Shown one piece after another: positions 48,601 through 60,600 of a stretch of 64,000 nucleotides of DNA (position 1 is the stretch's first letter; every line of letters begins with the position of its first letter). A program made the translations under genes and the position numbers. The DNA is from Hypanus sabinus (Eukaryota), in contig NC_082718.1 of assembly GCF_030144855.1 (NCBI RefSeq), forward strand, positions 91,512,001 to 91,576,000, written 5' to 3'. The notes under the pieces are model-generated. The model saw only the letters and a program-made list of their open reading frames with translations. It was not told where the DNA came from and did no database searches.

Positions 48601-51600
48601 TCCTTTCCTATTTTACTTGGCTTCCACATTGTTTCTGTAGAATAGTAGAAGTCCTTGCCAGACTGTTAGATAACTGGGCTGTTAGATAATGTAAGAGAGT
48701 CCTTTTGGTAGTGCTATTTTCATCCTATCCACTATGGGGATTCTCACGGTCTTCATTTTGCTGCTATTGCCTGTTTAAAAAGAATGTACTCCATCACCTT
48801 GTAGTATGACTCACTGAGGGTTTGGACGCTAAAAGGCTTCTATTTAGGAGAAAGCAAAAAATAATGCTGATCTTGAAAATATATTAAGACCATAAAATAT
48901 AGGAGCAGAATGAGGCCAATTGGCCCATTGAATCTATTCTGCCATTTCATCATGACTGATCCATTTTCTCTCTTGGTCCCAATCTCCTGCCTTCTCTCCA
49001 TATCCCTTCATGCTCTGACTAATCACATTTGGAACAATCCTTCTGGTAATAAAAGTTGTACGAATTAGAAATGTGAACTGACTTTATTAGACCAAACAAT
49101 TTCGAAGTCAAATTGCTATTTTGTAGTCTTAGCAGCATTTACAAAATGTATTGTCCATTAGACGAGAACGTTACATTGTTGTTGATTACTTGCTTGGTTT
49201 CTACATTAATTACTTGTTTACCTTTTCCAAAGCTTCAGTGCAGTCTTCAAACTAGGTTAATGTATAGTGTACGTGTGTGTGTGTGCCCTTAACTCCTGGT
49301 GGATTCGTTGGGGTGCCATCATGACAAGCTTTTTGCACAGATCTTTTTGGTGTGCTCATCATATGGCGTGTCTTGGGCATCTGAAACCTGGCGGAGTCCA
49401 TCCCTTTCCAGTTAATGTATAGTAGTTTCATCCAAAGAATATAGGGCAATAATAAAGATAGTCTTTTCCTGAGATCCTCCTATCATAAAAGCCAGGCTTC
49501 AGCCAATTCTATTCACTTCACGTTATATTGATGAATTGGTAAATTGATCTATTATTGTCACATGAACCAAGGTAAAGGGGTGGCACGATGGCGTAGTGGT
49601 TAGGACAACACTTTTATAGTACCAGCGACCCAGGTTCCATTCCTGTTGCTGCCTGTAAAGGAGCTTGTATGTTGTCCCCATGACTGCATGGGTTTCCTCT
49701 GGGTGCTCTAGTTTCCTCCCACAGTCCAAAGACCTACTGGTTGGTAGGTTAATTGGTCATTGTAAATTGTCCCATGTTTAGACTTGGATTAAACAGGAGG
49801 ATCACTGGATGGCGCAGCTTAAAGGGCTGGAAGGGCCTACTCCACGCTGTATGTCAATAAATAAATAAATAGATAAAGTGAAAAACTTCGTTTTGCATGC
49901 CATTCACACATTATGACATCATTTCTTTATAACAAATTATTTCATTATAACAGTGCATTGAGAAAGCAATAACAGGATGCAGGATTAGGTGTTACATTTA
50001 CATGCAGCCTCCTTGAGGATGTTCTCTGAAGGGGAGGATTGTGCCCAGGACAGAACTTGCTGACTCTGCAACCTGCTGCAGCCCCTTGCAATCCTGTGCA
50101 TTGGAGGCTTCATGCCAGCTGGTGATGCCACCAAGTCAGAATGCTCTCCATTGCAAATTTACAAGGCTCTTTGGTGACACACCAAATCACCTCACACTCC
50201 CAATGAAGTTGAGATGCTGGAGTTTGAGATTGTTTGAGATTGCATCCATGTGATAGATGTTGACACCCAGAAACTTAAAGCTCCTCTCTCTTTCTACTGC
50301 TGACTCCTCAATGAGGAAGAGTGTGTGTTCTCCCTTCCCAAAGTCCACAATCAATTCCTGGGTCCTGCTGACAATGAGCCCAAGGTTACTGTTGCGACAT
50401 CACTCAAACAGCCAATATATCTCACTCCCGTATGCCTCCTCATCGCCATCTGAGTGATGGCATCTGCAAAGTTGTAAATAACATTTAAGCTGTGCCTAGC
50501 CATGCAGTCATGAGTGTAGAGAGTAGAGCAGTGGGCTAAGCAAGCATCCTTGAAGTGCACCTGTGTTGGTTGTCAGTGAGGAGGAGATATTATCACTGAT
50601 CCGTACTGACTGTGTCAAAGTTGGCATTGCAGTCGGGGGGGAGGGGGAGGGAGAGACACACTCAGGCTTAGAAACTTGGTCACTGATGAGGAGATGGTAG
50701 TATTAAACTCTGAGCAGCAATTAATAACAACGGCCCTGATTAAGCTCCCATATCTTATGGCCTAAAACATACATTAGACCATTAAGCCCATTGAGACTGC
50801 TCTGTCATTCAATCATGGCTGATTTATTTTCCCTCTCGACACCATTCTCCTGCCTTCTCGCTGTAACCTTTGACGCCCTGACTAACCAAAAACCTATCAA
50901 CTTCCACTTTAAATATACATACTGACTTGGCCTCCACAGCCATCTGTGGCAATGAATTCCACAGATCCAGCAGCCTCTGGTTAAAGACTTTACTTCTCAT
51001 GCCTAAACCACACAGTTATTTGCCAAACCACATTGTACCTTTTTACCTAACACAGGAGTTCTCTGGGGCAGGGGCATTTCTACAGAAAATAGCGCCTATG
51101 GCAAGCACTGAAATTGTGACCCTGTCCAAACATCTAATACCCATCTTTTAGATAACTTTACCATAATATCAGCTCAAAAATACATTGCAATTTGCCTATC
51201 ACCACAATAGGTCAATGGCAGACGCAATCTCAATGGCTCTCCACATGGCTTTAGTCCACATGGACAACACAAACACCTATGTCAGGATGCTGTTCATCGA
51301 CTATAGCTCAGCATTAAATACCATCATTCCCACAATCCTAATTGAGAAGTTGCAGAACCTGGGCCTCTGTACCTCCCTCTGCAATTGGATCCTTGACTTC
51401 CTAACTGGAAGAACACAATCTATGTGGTTTGGTGATAACATCACCTCCTTGCTGACGATCAACACTGGTGCACCTCAGGGGTGTGTGCTTAGCCCACTGC
51501 TCTTCTCTCTCTATACCTATGACTGTGTGGCTAGGCATAGCTCAAATACCATCTATAAATTTGTTGATGATAAAACCATTGTTGGTAGAATCTCAGGTGG

Positions 51601-54600
51601 TGAGGAGAGGGCGTACAGGAGTGAGATATGCCAACTAGTGGAGTGGTGCTGCAGCAACAACCTGACACTCAATTTCAGTAAGACAAAAAAGCTGATTGTG
51701 GACTTCAGGAAGGCTAAGATGAAGGAACACATACCGATCCTCATAGAGGGATCAGAAGTGGAGAGAATGAGCAGTTTCAAGTTCCTAGGTGTCAAGATCT
51801 CTGAGGATCTAACCTGGTTCCAACATATCGATGCAGTTATAATGAAGACAAGACAGTGGCTATACTTTATTAGAAGTTTGAAGAGATTTGGTACGTCAAC
51901 AAATACACTCAAAAAATCTTCTATAGTAGATGTACAGTGGAGAGCATTCTGAGCGGCTACATCACTGTCTGGTATGGGGGGACTACTGCACAGGACCAAA
52001 AGAAGCTGCAGAGGGTTGTAAATTTAGTCAGCTCCATCTTGGGTACTAGCCTACAAAGTACCCAGGACATCTTCAAGAAGCGATGTCTCAGAAAAGCAGT
52101 GTCCATTATTAAGGACCTCCAGAACCCAGGGCTTGTCCTTTTCTCACTGTTACCATCAAGTAGGAGATACAGAAGCCTGAAGGCACACACTCAGCGATTC
52201 AGGAACAGCTTCTTCCCCTCAGTCATCTGATTCCTAAATGGACATTGAACCCTTGGACACTACCTCACTTTTTAAAACATGTAGTATTTCTGTTTGTATA
52301 CTATTTGTATCATATTTCTGTTTTTTGCATGACTTTTAATCTATTCAATATATGTATACTGTATGCTGAATAAGATTTATTTATTTAATACTATTATTAT
52401 TATTTTTTCTGTATTATGTATTGCATTGAACTGCTGTTACTAAGTTACGTCACATGCCGGTGATAGTAAACCAGATTCTGATTCTGATTCTGATCTCCCT
52501 CCAGTTGTAATGTGCAAATTAAACAGCAGGAAAACTACTTGCTCCTGGACTGTATCATCCTTTGGAGCATTTCACACAACAGGAAGCTAAATGGAATGCC
52601 TTTCAAGCAGCAGACATTTTAAAACAAAAACATGCTCCCTGCCCATAGCGTGCAAACTTACAGTGTTCCAGCTTGGAAATCCTGTCTCAACAGTTTTCAA
52701 CAACATATCACACCCAGTACCAGTACTACCACTCTGGTATTTTTCTTTCTTTCTTTATCCAACTCTGTTTTTGTGGATAGTCTTTTACATTATACCAGTA
52801 AAATTCTGATAATCCAACACACCTGTGACTTTGGAGGTAGAAAATCTGCAGGTTTTTTTGGACAGTTGTATGTTATTTTTATTAGTATCCAAACAATATT
52901 TTAAATGTTGTACTGTAATAAATTTTGCAGTCAGCCTTTAAAGAGTGCATAGGAATCTGCCCCCTGTAAACTTAAAGGAAGTGTGGGAAGAGGGCTGTTC
53001 TGCTGTTGTCTTGGTGCTGCAAAGCAGAGCAGAGTGCCAGTAAGACTGTGAGCGCAGCAGAGCTGTTGTGGTGGGAGTGGTATTGCAGTGGTTCCAGGTC
53101 CCTGTTCAAGCAGGAGGTAATTCTAGCTATAAGCAATCTCTCAAAGCACTGTATTACAGCAGGTGTGAGTGCTATTGGATGATAGTCATTGAGGCAGCTA
53201 ACCATGTTTTTTGGGCGCTGGTATAATTACTGTCCTTTTAAAGCAGGTGGGAAGCTCAGACCACAGCGGCAGTGATAGGGAGAAGATCTCCTTTCACACT
53301 ACTGCTGGTTGATTGGCACAGGTTTTCAGTTTCCAGCCTGGTACACTGTTGGGGCCTGATACCTTGTGAGAGTTGGCCCTCAAAGGATCATCTGCCATTG
53401 GCCTCCAAAAGGATGTCCTTTTACAACCAAGATGCAGAGAAATTACTTTAGTCAGAGGGTGGTAAATCTGTGGAATTTGTTGCCATGAGCGGCTGTGGAG
53501 GCCAAGTCATTGGGTGCATTTAAGGCAGAGATAGATAGATTCTTAATTAGCCAGGGCATCAAAGGGTATTGGGAGAAAGCAGGGGAGTGGAGATGATTGG
53601 ATGAAGTGGATCACTCATGATTGAAGGGCGGAGCAGTCTCGATGGGCTGAATGGCCTACTTCTGCTCCTATATCTTATGGTCTAATGGTCTTATGATTGA
53701 TGGTGTGCTTAGTTATCTCTGTTATCTTAGCCAATATTTATCCTTCAGGCAACCTCATGAAAACTATAAAATCCTTACTATAGTTCTGTTTGGGTGAGTT
53801 TGCTGTACACAGATCGGCAGTCGTACTTCCTACATTATAACAACAACTAAAATTCAGTAGAACTTAATTTGGTTTTTAACATGGTGGGTCTGGGGGGCAT
53901 GACAAGTGCTTTGTCGGTTCAAATTTCTTTTCTCAGTAAGAGAATCTGAAAAACAGCTTTCGTGTGAGAATTAGGGAAAGTGGATATGACTGGCATCAAT
54001 ATCTATTGCTTCTAAAGTATATATTTTTGCATCTTCAAAAAGATGGACTTTTCCTTTCAAGTAACTTGCGGTAACTCAATTTTCAACGTTAACTGTTCTT
54101 TTGTAGTTTATAACCACTAAATATTTACTTCTTGGCTTGCAGTATACCTGTACAAACACTCTTTGACTGTCACCCAGAGGGTGGAATTGAAGCTTTAGCT
54201 ATGTCTGACGATGCCAAGTACCTTGCAACAGTTGGGACAGGCTCAGTTCAGGTGCATAACTAATAATTATTTTTCAATTTGTTTTATCTCCTTTGAATAT
54301 TTTTTAAAATATAATAATTTTAACATAATATATAAGGGAATATTTTAACCTGGTAAGTACAGATTTTTTTTGGTGAAGAACTCATCTTTAATTACTTTGT
54401 TAATGTTCCCCAATATTGTCATAGTTTTCAAGGCGTCAAGTAAGCTATAAAATTACGCCAAATAATAACTGAAATCATGTACTCCAGTAGAATCTCATAC
54501 TTTAAGCAGGGAAAACACAATGTCATGAGCCACTGAGAGAAATGATAGTTCAGCTAATGTTTGTTATCTTGCAATCTCTGCCAGAAAGTACAAGCACTGA

Positions 54601-57600
54601 GTGTTTGGATGAATACTGCTTGCACCTGGATTATTGCTGAGCTTGACTAGTCAGTTAATCCTTGATGATTAGCCACATTTAACAAGATTTGTCTGTATAG
54701 ATATGTGGTTGCTGATACGTAGACCTGGAGCCCAAAGCTACTCAAAACCTTCAGGAAAACAATGTAGAGTGGACAATTAAAGATTCCAAGTACGTTTATT
54801 ATCAAAGTACGTACACAGAATACAATTCTGAGATTCATCCTCCCCCAGTTAGCCATGAAACAAAGAAACACAACAGAACCTGTTCAAGAAAACATCAAGC
54901 ACCCAACGCGTGGAAAAAAAAGAACAAGTAGTGCGAATGGCAAAAAGCGAGTGAACAGTGCATAGAATATCAAACATCAAACCAGGAGTGTTCAGTTTAG
55001 TTCAGTTCAGTGCCACGCTGCTAGCCCGCTGCAGGCTGAAGGGCCTTTCTTCGCTGAAACGCCCCCAGTCCACATTGATCAAATCGCTCAAAAGCTGGAA
55101 AAAAAAGAGTAACCAGGTTCCAGAAACACATGCAGTAAGAACCTCAAAGCCCCCAAAACAAGTCCACAGCCTCTCCGATCAATCGTTGCAATGTGAATCC
55201 CAAGATTCCTGCACTTTCCTCCACTAGAAGCTAGCGAGAGGGAGAGTAAGACTGGTCAAATGCAGGCAGACGGTGCCAAACCCTCGCCGGTCCCCAGCTC
55301 TTGTCCTTATCGACTTCACCCTTTCTTGACTCCTCAGTCAGAGAGAAGCCATGGAATTGATCAAGCAATTCCTGGCTTCCAGACCTCACCGAACTCTCCC
55401 GGAGATAGCAAAGAGCAAGATTGCTCTATTGGCCCTAAAACATATCATCAAAATGCAAATCACAGGTTCTAATCGCTTAGTTGTAGAATCATATTTGAAA
55501 GAAGTAGTTGTTTTGTGAACTGTCTGCAGGGCATCACCATTGGTCATGTTTTTTGCTGGTGCAATCTTGTTCTGAATTAAAAGACAAAGAATAGAATAAG
55601 TGGGCTCTTATTCTGCCTCATCTCTGTTCAACATTAGAGAGATAGATAGATACTTTTTTGATCCCAAAGGAAATGACAGTGTCACAGTAGCCTTACAATT
55701 GCACAGATATACAAATGTTAGAAGAGAAGTACGAAAGAATAAAAAATAAAGTTACTTCAAAGTATAACAGGGCAAGGGGGGTCATCACTTCCCCAACTAT
55801 AGGTTGACACATTATAGATCCTAATGGCTGAGGGTAGGAATGACCTCATATAGCGCTCTTTGGAACAGCGCAGTTGCCTTAGTCTATTACTAAAAGTGCT
55901 CCTCTGTTCAGCCAGGGCGGCATGCAGAGGGTGAGAAACATTGTCCAGAATTGCCAGGATTTACTGTAGAGTCCTTTGTTCTACCCCAGCCTCCAATGTG
56001 ACCAGTTCGACTCCTATGACAGAGCCAGCCTTTCTAATCAGTTTATTAAGCCTGTTGGCATCACCCGTACTGATGCCATTGCCCCAGCACACCACTGCAA
56101 AGAAGTTTGTACTGGCGACAACAGACTGGTAGAACATGTAAGGAAAGGCCTGCATACTCCAAAGAACCTCAGTCTCCCTCCTCAGCAAGTAGAAACATCT
56201 CTGGCCCTTCTTGTACACAGCCTCTGTGTTGGTGCTCCACTCAAGTCTGTCACCCAGGTACACCCCCAGGTGCTTGTATTAGCCAGAAGATAGGTACTCT
56301 CACAGCATTTTTGATACTTAGGCAAATTTTTAAATAGCATCTGGATGAGCACCTATGCGCTATTGACCACGTGCTGGTAATCGTGATTTGTATAGATTGA
56401 TACTTTAGCATGGACATGCAGCGCCGAAAAGCCTTTGATGTGCTGTGTGATTCTATGACTATATTCAGTATCTCCCAGGAATTGCTTGGTCTACAGGTGA
56501 CTACAGTATGTAGGAGGGTTTCAGTGGCAGATAAACCAAGATGAGGATGGAAATGGTTGATGCTACACATGTGAAAAGAAGGAGAGTTTGTGCTGAGGTT
56601 TTGAGGATGAGGTAATTTGTCAGGGTTCATGTCAGTCTCAGTTTGATGCAGAGTCAGGTTAGAAGGATGAAATTGCAGATGAGGATCTGCAGTTTGTAGC
56701 AATTGATTTAATCTTTCCCATATTAAGCTGCAGGAAACTGCAACTGATCCAAGACTAAATCCTGGCAAACTCACAAATGATATAGGTAGTGGCAGAGGTG
56801 AATATAATATTGGGAGGCAGTGGTGGTTTTCATGGTTCTGTGTGGCTCCATGACTTTGTGCAATGTTGCCAAAGGGCAGCTTGTGTATAATTAAGGGGAC
56901 AGGAAAGAAAAGTCATTTTGAGTTGAAAAGCTAAAGTCAAAAGGATGAGTAAAGAACTCATTGCTGGGGATGCACTCACAATGATTTTATTTAATGAGTA
57001 GAATCGAACGCAAATTATCCACCAAACTGGATAACATGGTTAAGCATATATTGAGTTAAGAGAAGGTGAGAAAGTATAAAGCACTCTTTGTAGAACCTTA
57101 TGCACTGTTAGCATTATGCACCATAGACACAATCGCAACCAGGGGCGTATCTATGGAAAATAGCACCTATGGCAAGCACTGAGATTGTGCCCCTGTCCAA
57201 ACACCTGACATACATCTTTTAGATAACTTTACCATAATATCAGCTCAAAAATACAAGTCAAGCTTGTTAATCTTTTAATTAACAAATTATGGCACTACAT
57301 GAAAATTATAACTGCACCTTCCTTGCTTTCACTGATGCAAATTGGTCTATGACGTGATCAAAGTCAGTTTTTTCAGTTTCTTCTTTTTCTACACTTAGCA
57401 GAGCAAGATCACAGAGTCTGCCTTGACCCATGGACGCTCTCAAATACAAAAGTATTAGTTTTAACTCGCTGAATGATCTCTCACAGCTGGCAATAGAAAC
57501 TGCGATGGTTAGCATTATCTGAATAACAATGCGAAGATTAGGGAAGACGCTCTCATCTCTATACTGAACACTAAATTCAAGAAGCTCTTCAGGTCTTGAT

Positions 57601-60600
57601 ATTTTCATGTTGACCTGCCTTGATATCAACGTTCTGCAATCCAAAATTTCTTCATACAGCTGCTGTCCATCAACATCAGAGCTGTACAATTCGCCCAAAT
57701 TTTTGCGCTTCTTCTTTAGGTCGTTACTGTCAGCGCCGTAACACAGTCCCTTAACATTGAGAAGGAACCCAAACTTAGCGTCAGTGTTGTACAAACGAGC
57801 GAACCTTTTGTCTTGTTCTCTGTGAAGATGGTCGAGTGTTCCCTTCATGACTCTTTCCATTTCCTCCTTAGCTGTTAACCCAGCGTCTCTTGAGTTCTCA
57901 TCAGCCATTCGTTTCTTTCGTCTCTGACATCTTTCAACTTCAATAATCCATTCTTGACAGGGACTGACTCCTTCTTCGAGTGACTCTCTGACCAACACTT
58001 CTCTTTCATCATAAAAATGATCTCAGAGGGCTTTCAAATCCAGGGCAGCATCGTGGAAGTTCATCCTAGGATCCTGCAGCCTCTTTTGAATATGGTCAAT
58101 GTGAATGAGTATTTTGTTCCAAAATTGTAGCAAAATCAGAAAATCGTAACTCAACATGTGGTTGTACAGCTGCCTTGCGTCACCTCTTGTTTCACTGGTC
58201 TCGTTTTCATTGTCTATCATGTCCTGGAGAACATGAAGTATCTCCTCAAGTTACTTGTTGACGGGCTTCACTGCTTCTGTCTTTGCACTCCACCTGGTTT
58301 CGGACTCCGACTTAACAACCACAGGCATGGCATTTTTGAGTTTTTCCCAGCGCTGTGTTGAACGAGAGAAAAACACATAGAGAGCTTCGATAGATCCAAA
58401 AAATGTGACCATCATTGTATCCTGCTTGGCTGCATGTACACCCACCAAGTTGAGTGAGTGATTGTCACAATTCACAAACACTGCCAGGTTGTTTTTTTCA
58501 CTTATTCTTTGATGAACATCATTTCTGTGTCCAGCCATCATAGCAGCATTGTCTTAGCAGTGTGACTGACAATCTTGTAGCTCCATTTCGTCCTTCTCTA
58601 GCTGTTTCAAGATGTCTTCAACCAAGCTCTCAGCATCCTTCTAGATTATCTGGATAAAACCAAGGAAGGACTCTCTAACATGGACTGTTTTCCTCTCAAA
58701 ATCGACTTCCACATACCTCACTACTTCTGACATCTGCTCACGGTGTGCCTGATCAGGAGTCGAGTCGAACATGAAATCATTTTTACTTGGCTTTATGAAA
58801 GCTCCTCAGTAAACTCTGGCAAATAGTGGATGCCTTCACCTGGATGAATTCGTTCTGGACACCCGGTGAAAGATAAGATGTGGATCCAGGATGACTTTCC
58901 AAATGAGTGAGGTGTTCTTTTATGACAGGGTCAAAAATAGCCAGTAGTTTCAGTAAGCCAAGGAAATTTCCCACATTGGAGTCATCGTCTAGCTCAGGGG
59001 TCAGCAACCTTTACCACTGAAAGAGCCACTTGGACCCGTTTCCCACAGAAAAGAAAACACTGGGAGCCGCAAAACCCGTTTGACATTTAAAATGAAATAA
59101 CACTGCATACAACGTTTTTTTTGCCTTTATGCTATGTATAAACAAACTATAATGTGTTGCATTTATGAAATTGATGAACTCCTGCAGAGAAAACGAAATT
59201 ACATTTCTGCATGCAACAAAAACATTTTGAACTCTGAAAAAAAGACGTTGGGTTGAAGGTTACTTTTAAGTAAAATACTCAACGTCTATTTGAGTCCTTC
59301 TTGTATTTATGAAAAACGCCAAACTTAAATTTGCCGCCAGCAGCAAACCAAAAATAACATCAGCCAGCTGTCAGCCTGAAAAATAAAAGGACTATTTCAC
59401 TGAACAATGAAAAAATATGAATATACATAACATAATAGGCAATTAAAATATTTATCATACTTGGTTAATGGGATTTCTGCTCCTGGACCTCAGCGCACAG
59501 CGTCTGCACATCAGGGCTGTATGACGTCACCTTCATCTTTACACAGGATCGCAAGCTGTCATCTGTGAAGTGTGCGCGATGTTTGTTTTTAATAAAGTTC
59601 ATGTTGGAGAACACCTGCTCACATACATATGTGGATCGAAAGATCGACAGGACTCCAAGCGCATACTTTTTCATGTTTACATAAATGTCGGGCATAGCAT
59701 TCCATGTTTCGAACACAAGTTTGTCCGGTTTTGGAAGGTTTTCAATATCACTCCATTTGTGATTCTGAGCAAGAACGGCCTTCTGACGGGCAACATCTTC
59801 AAGGTCTGCTGTCAAGCGTCTAAACTTGGATACCCATATGTCTTTGTCGGCTATGTCGGCCAGTTCCATCTCAAGATCAGGTTGACTCACACCTGCCAAT
59901 GCAGTCGTATTCAGTAGGGAAGGATCGATGCTTAAGGGAGTGACCGGGAAGGATAATGTGTTTTTTTCCTCTCTGAACTCACAGAAGCGTTTCCCAAACG
60001 ATGTTTGCATTGCGATGATTGCAGAATGTAAATACTCCGAAATTATCATGTCGTGACCTTGTTTGAACTCTCTCAAATTGGGGAAGTGAGACAAAGTGCC
60101 TTTCTGTAAATCTCTGGCAAGCACTGTCAACTTGCGCTCGAATGCCAAAACATCCTCCAACATGTGCAGGGCTGTGCGTCCTTTCCCCTGAAGAGCTGTG
60201 TTCAGCGTGTTCAGGTGCGCTGTCATGTCTACCATGAAGTGTAGCTTTTCCAGCCACTCTGGCTGTTCCAGCTCAGGAAAGGTGAGCCCTTTGCTGCCTA
60301 GGAAAGTTTTCACTTCTTCCAGACACGCGACAAAGCGTTTCAGCACCTCCCCTTTGGACAGCCACCGGACTTTGTTGTGCAGCAGGAGATCAGAATATGC
60401 GCTTTCCATCTCGTCCAGTAACAAACGGAATTGACGGTGATTTAAACTTTTTGCCATTATTTTATTGACAATCTGAATGACAACATCCATTACTTCTGTG
60501 CATTCCGGAGGAAATGTTTGAGCGCACAGTGCCTCTTGGTGCAAGATGCAGTGAAAAGTCAGCAGCTTTTTGTCCAGCGACTTCTGCAGTAAAGCCACAA

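Noticed and set aside
57306-59007. Host gene ZMYM1-like
   Set aside because: Multiple stops and frameshifts, bounded by hAT TIRs.
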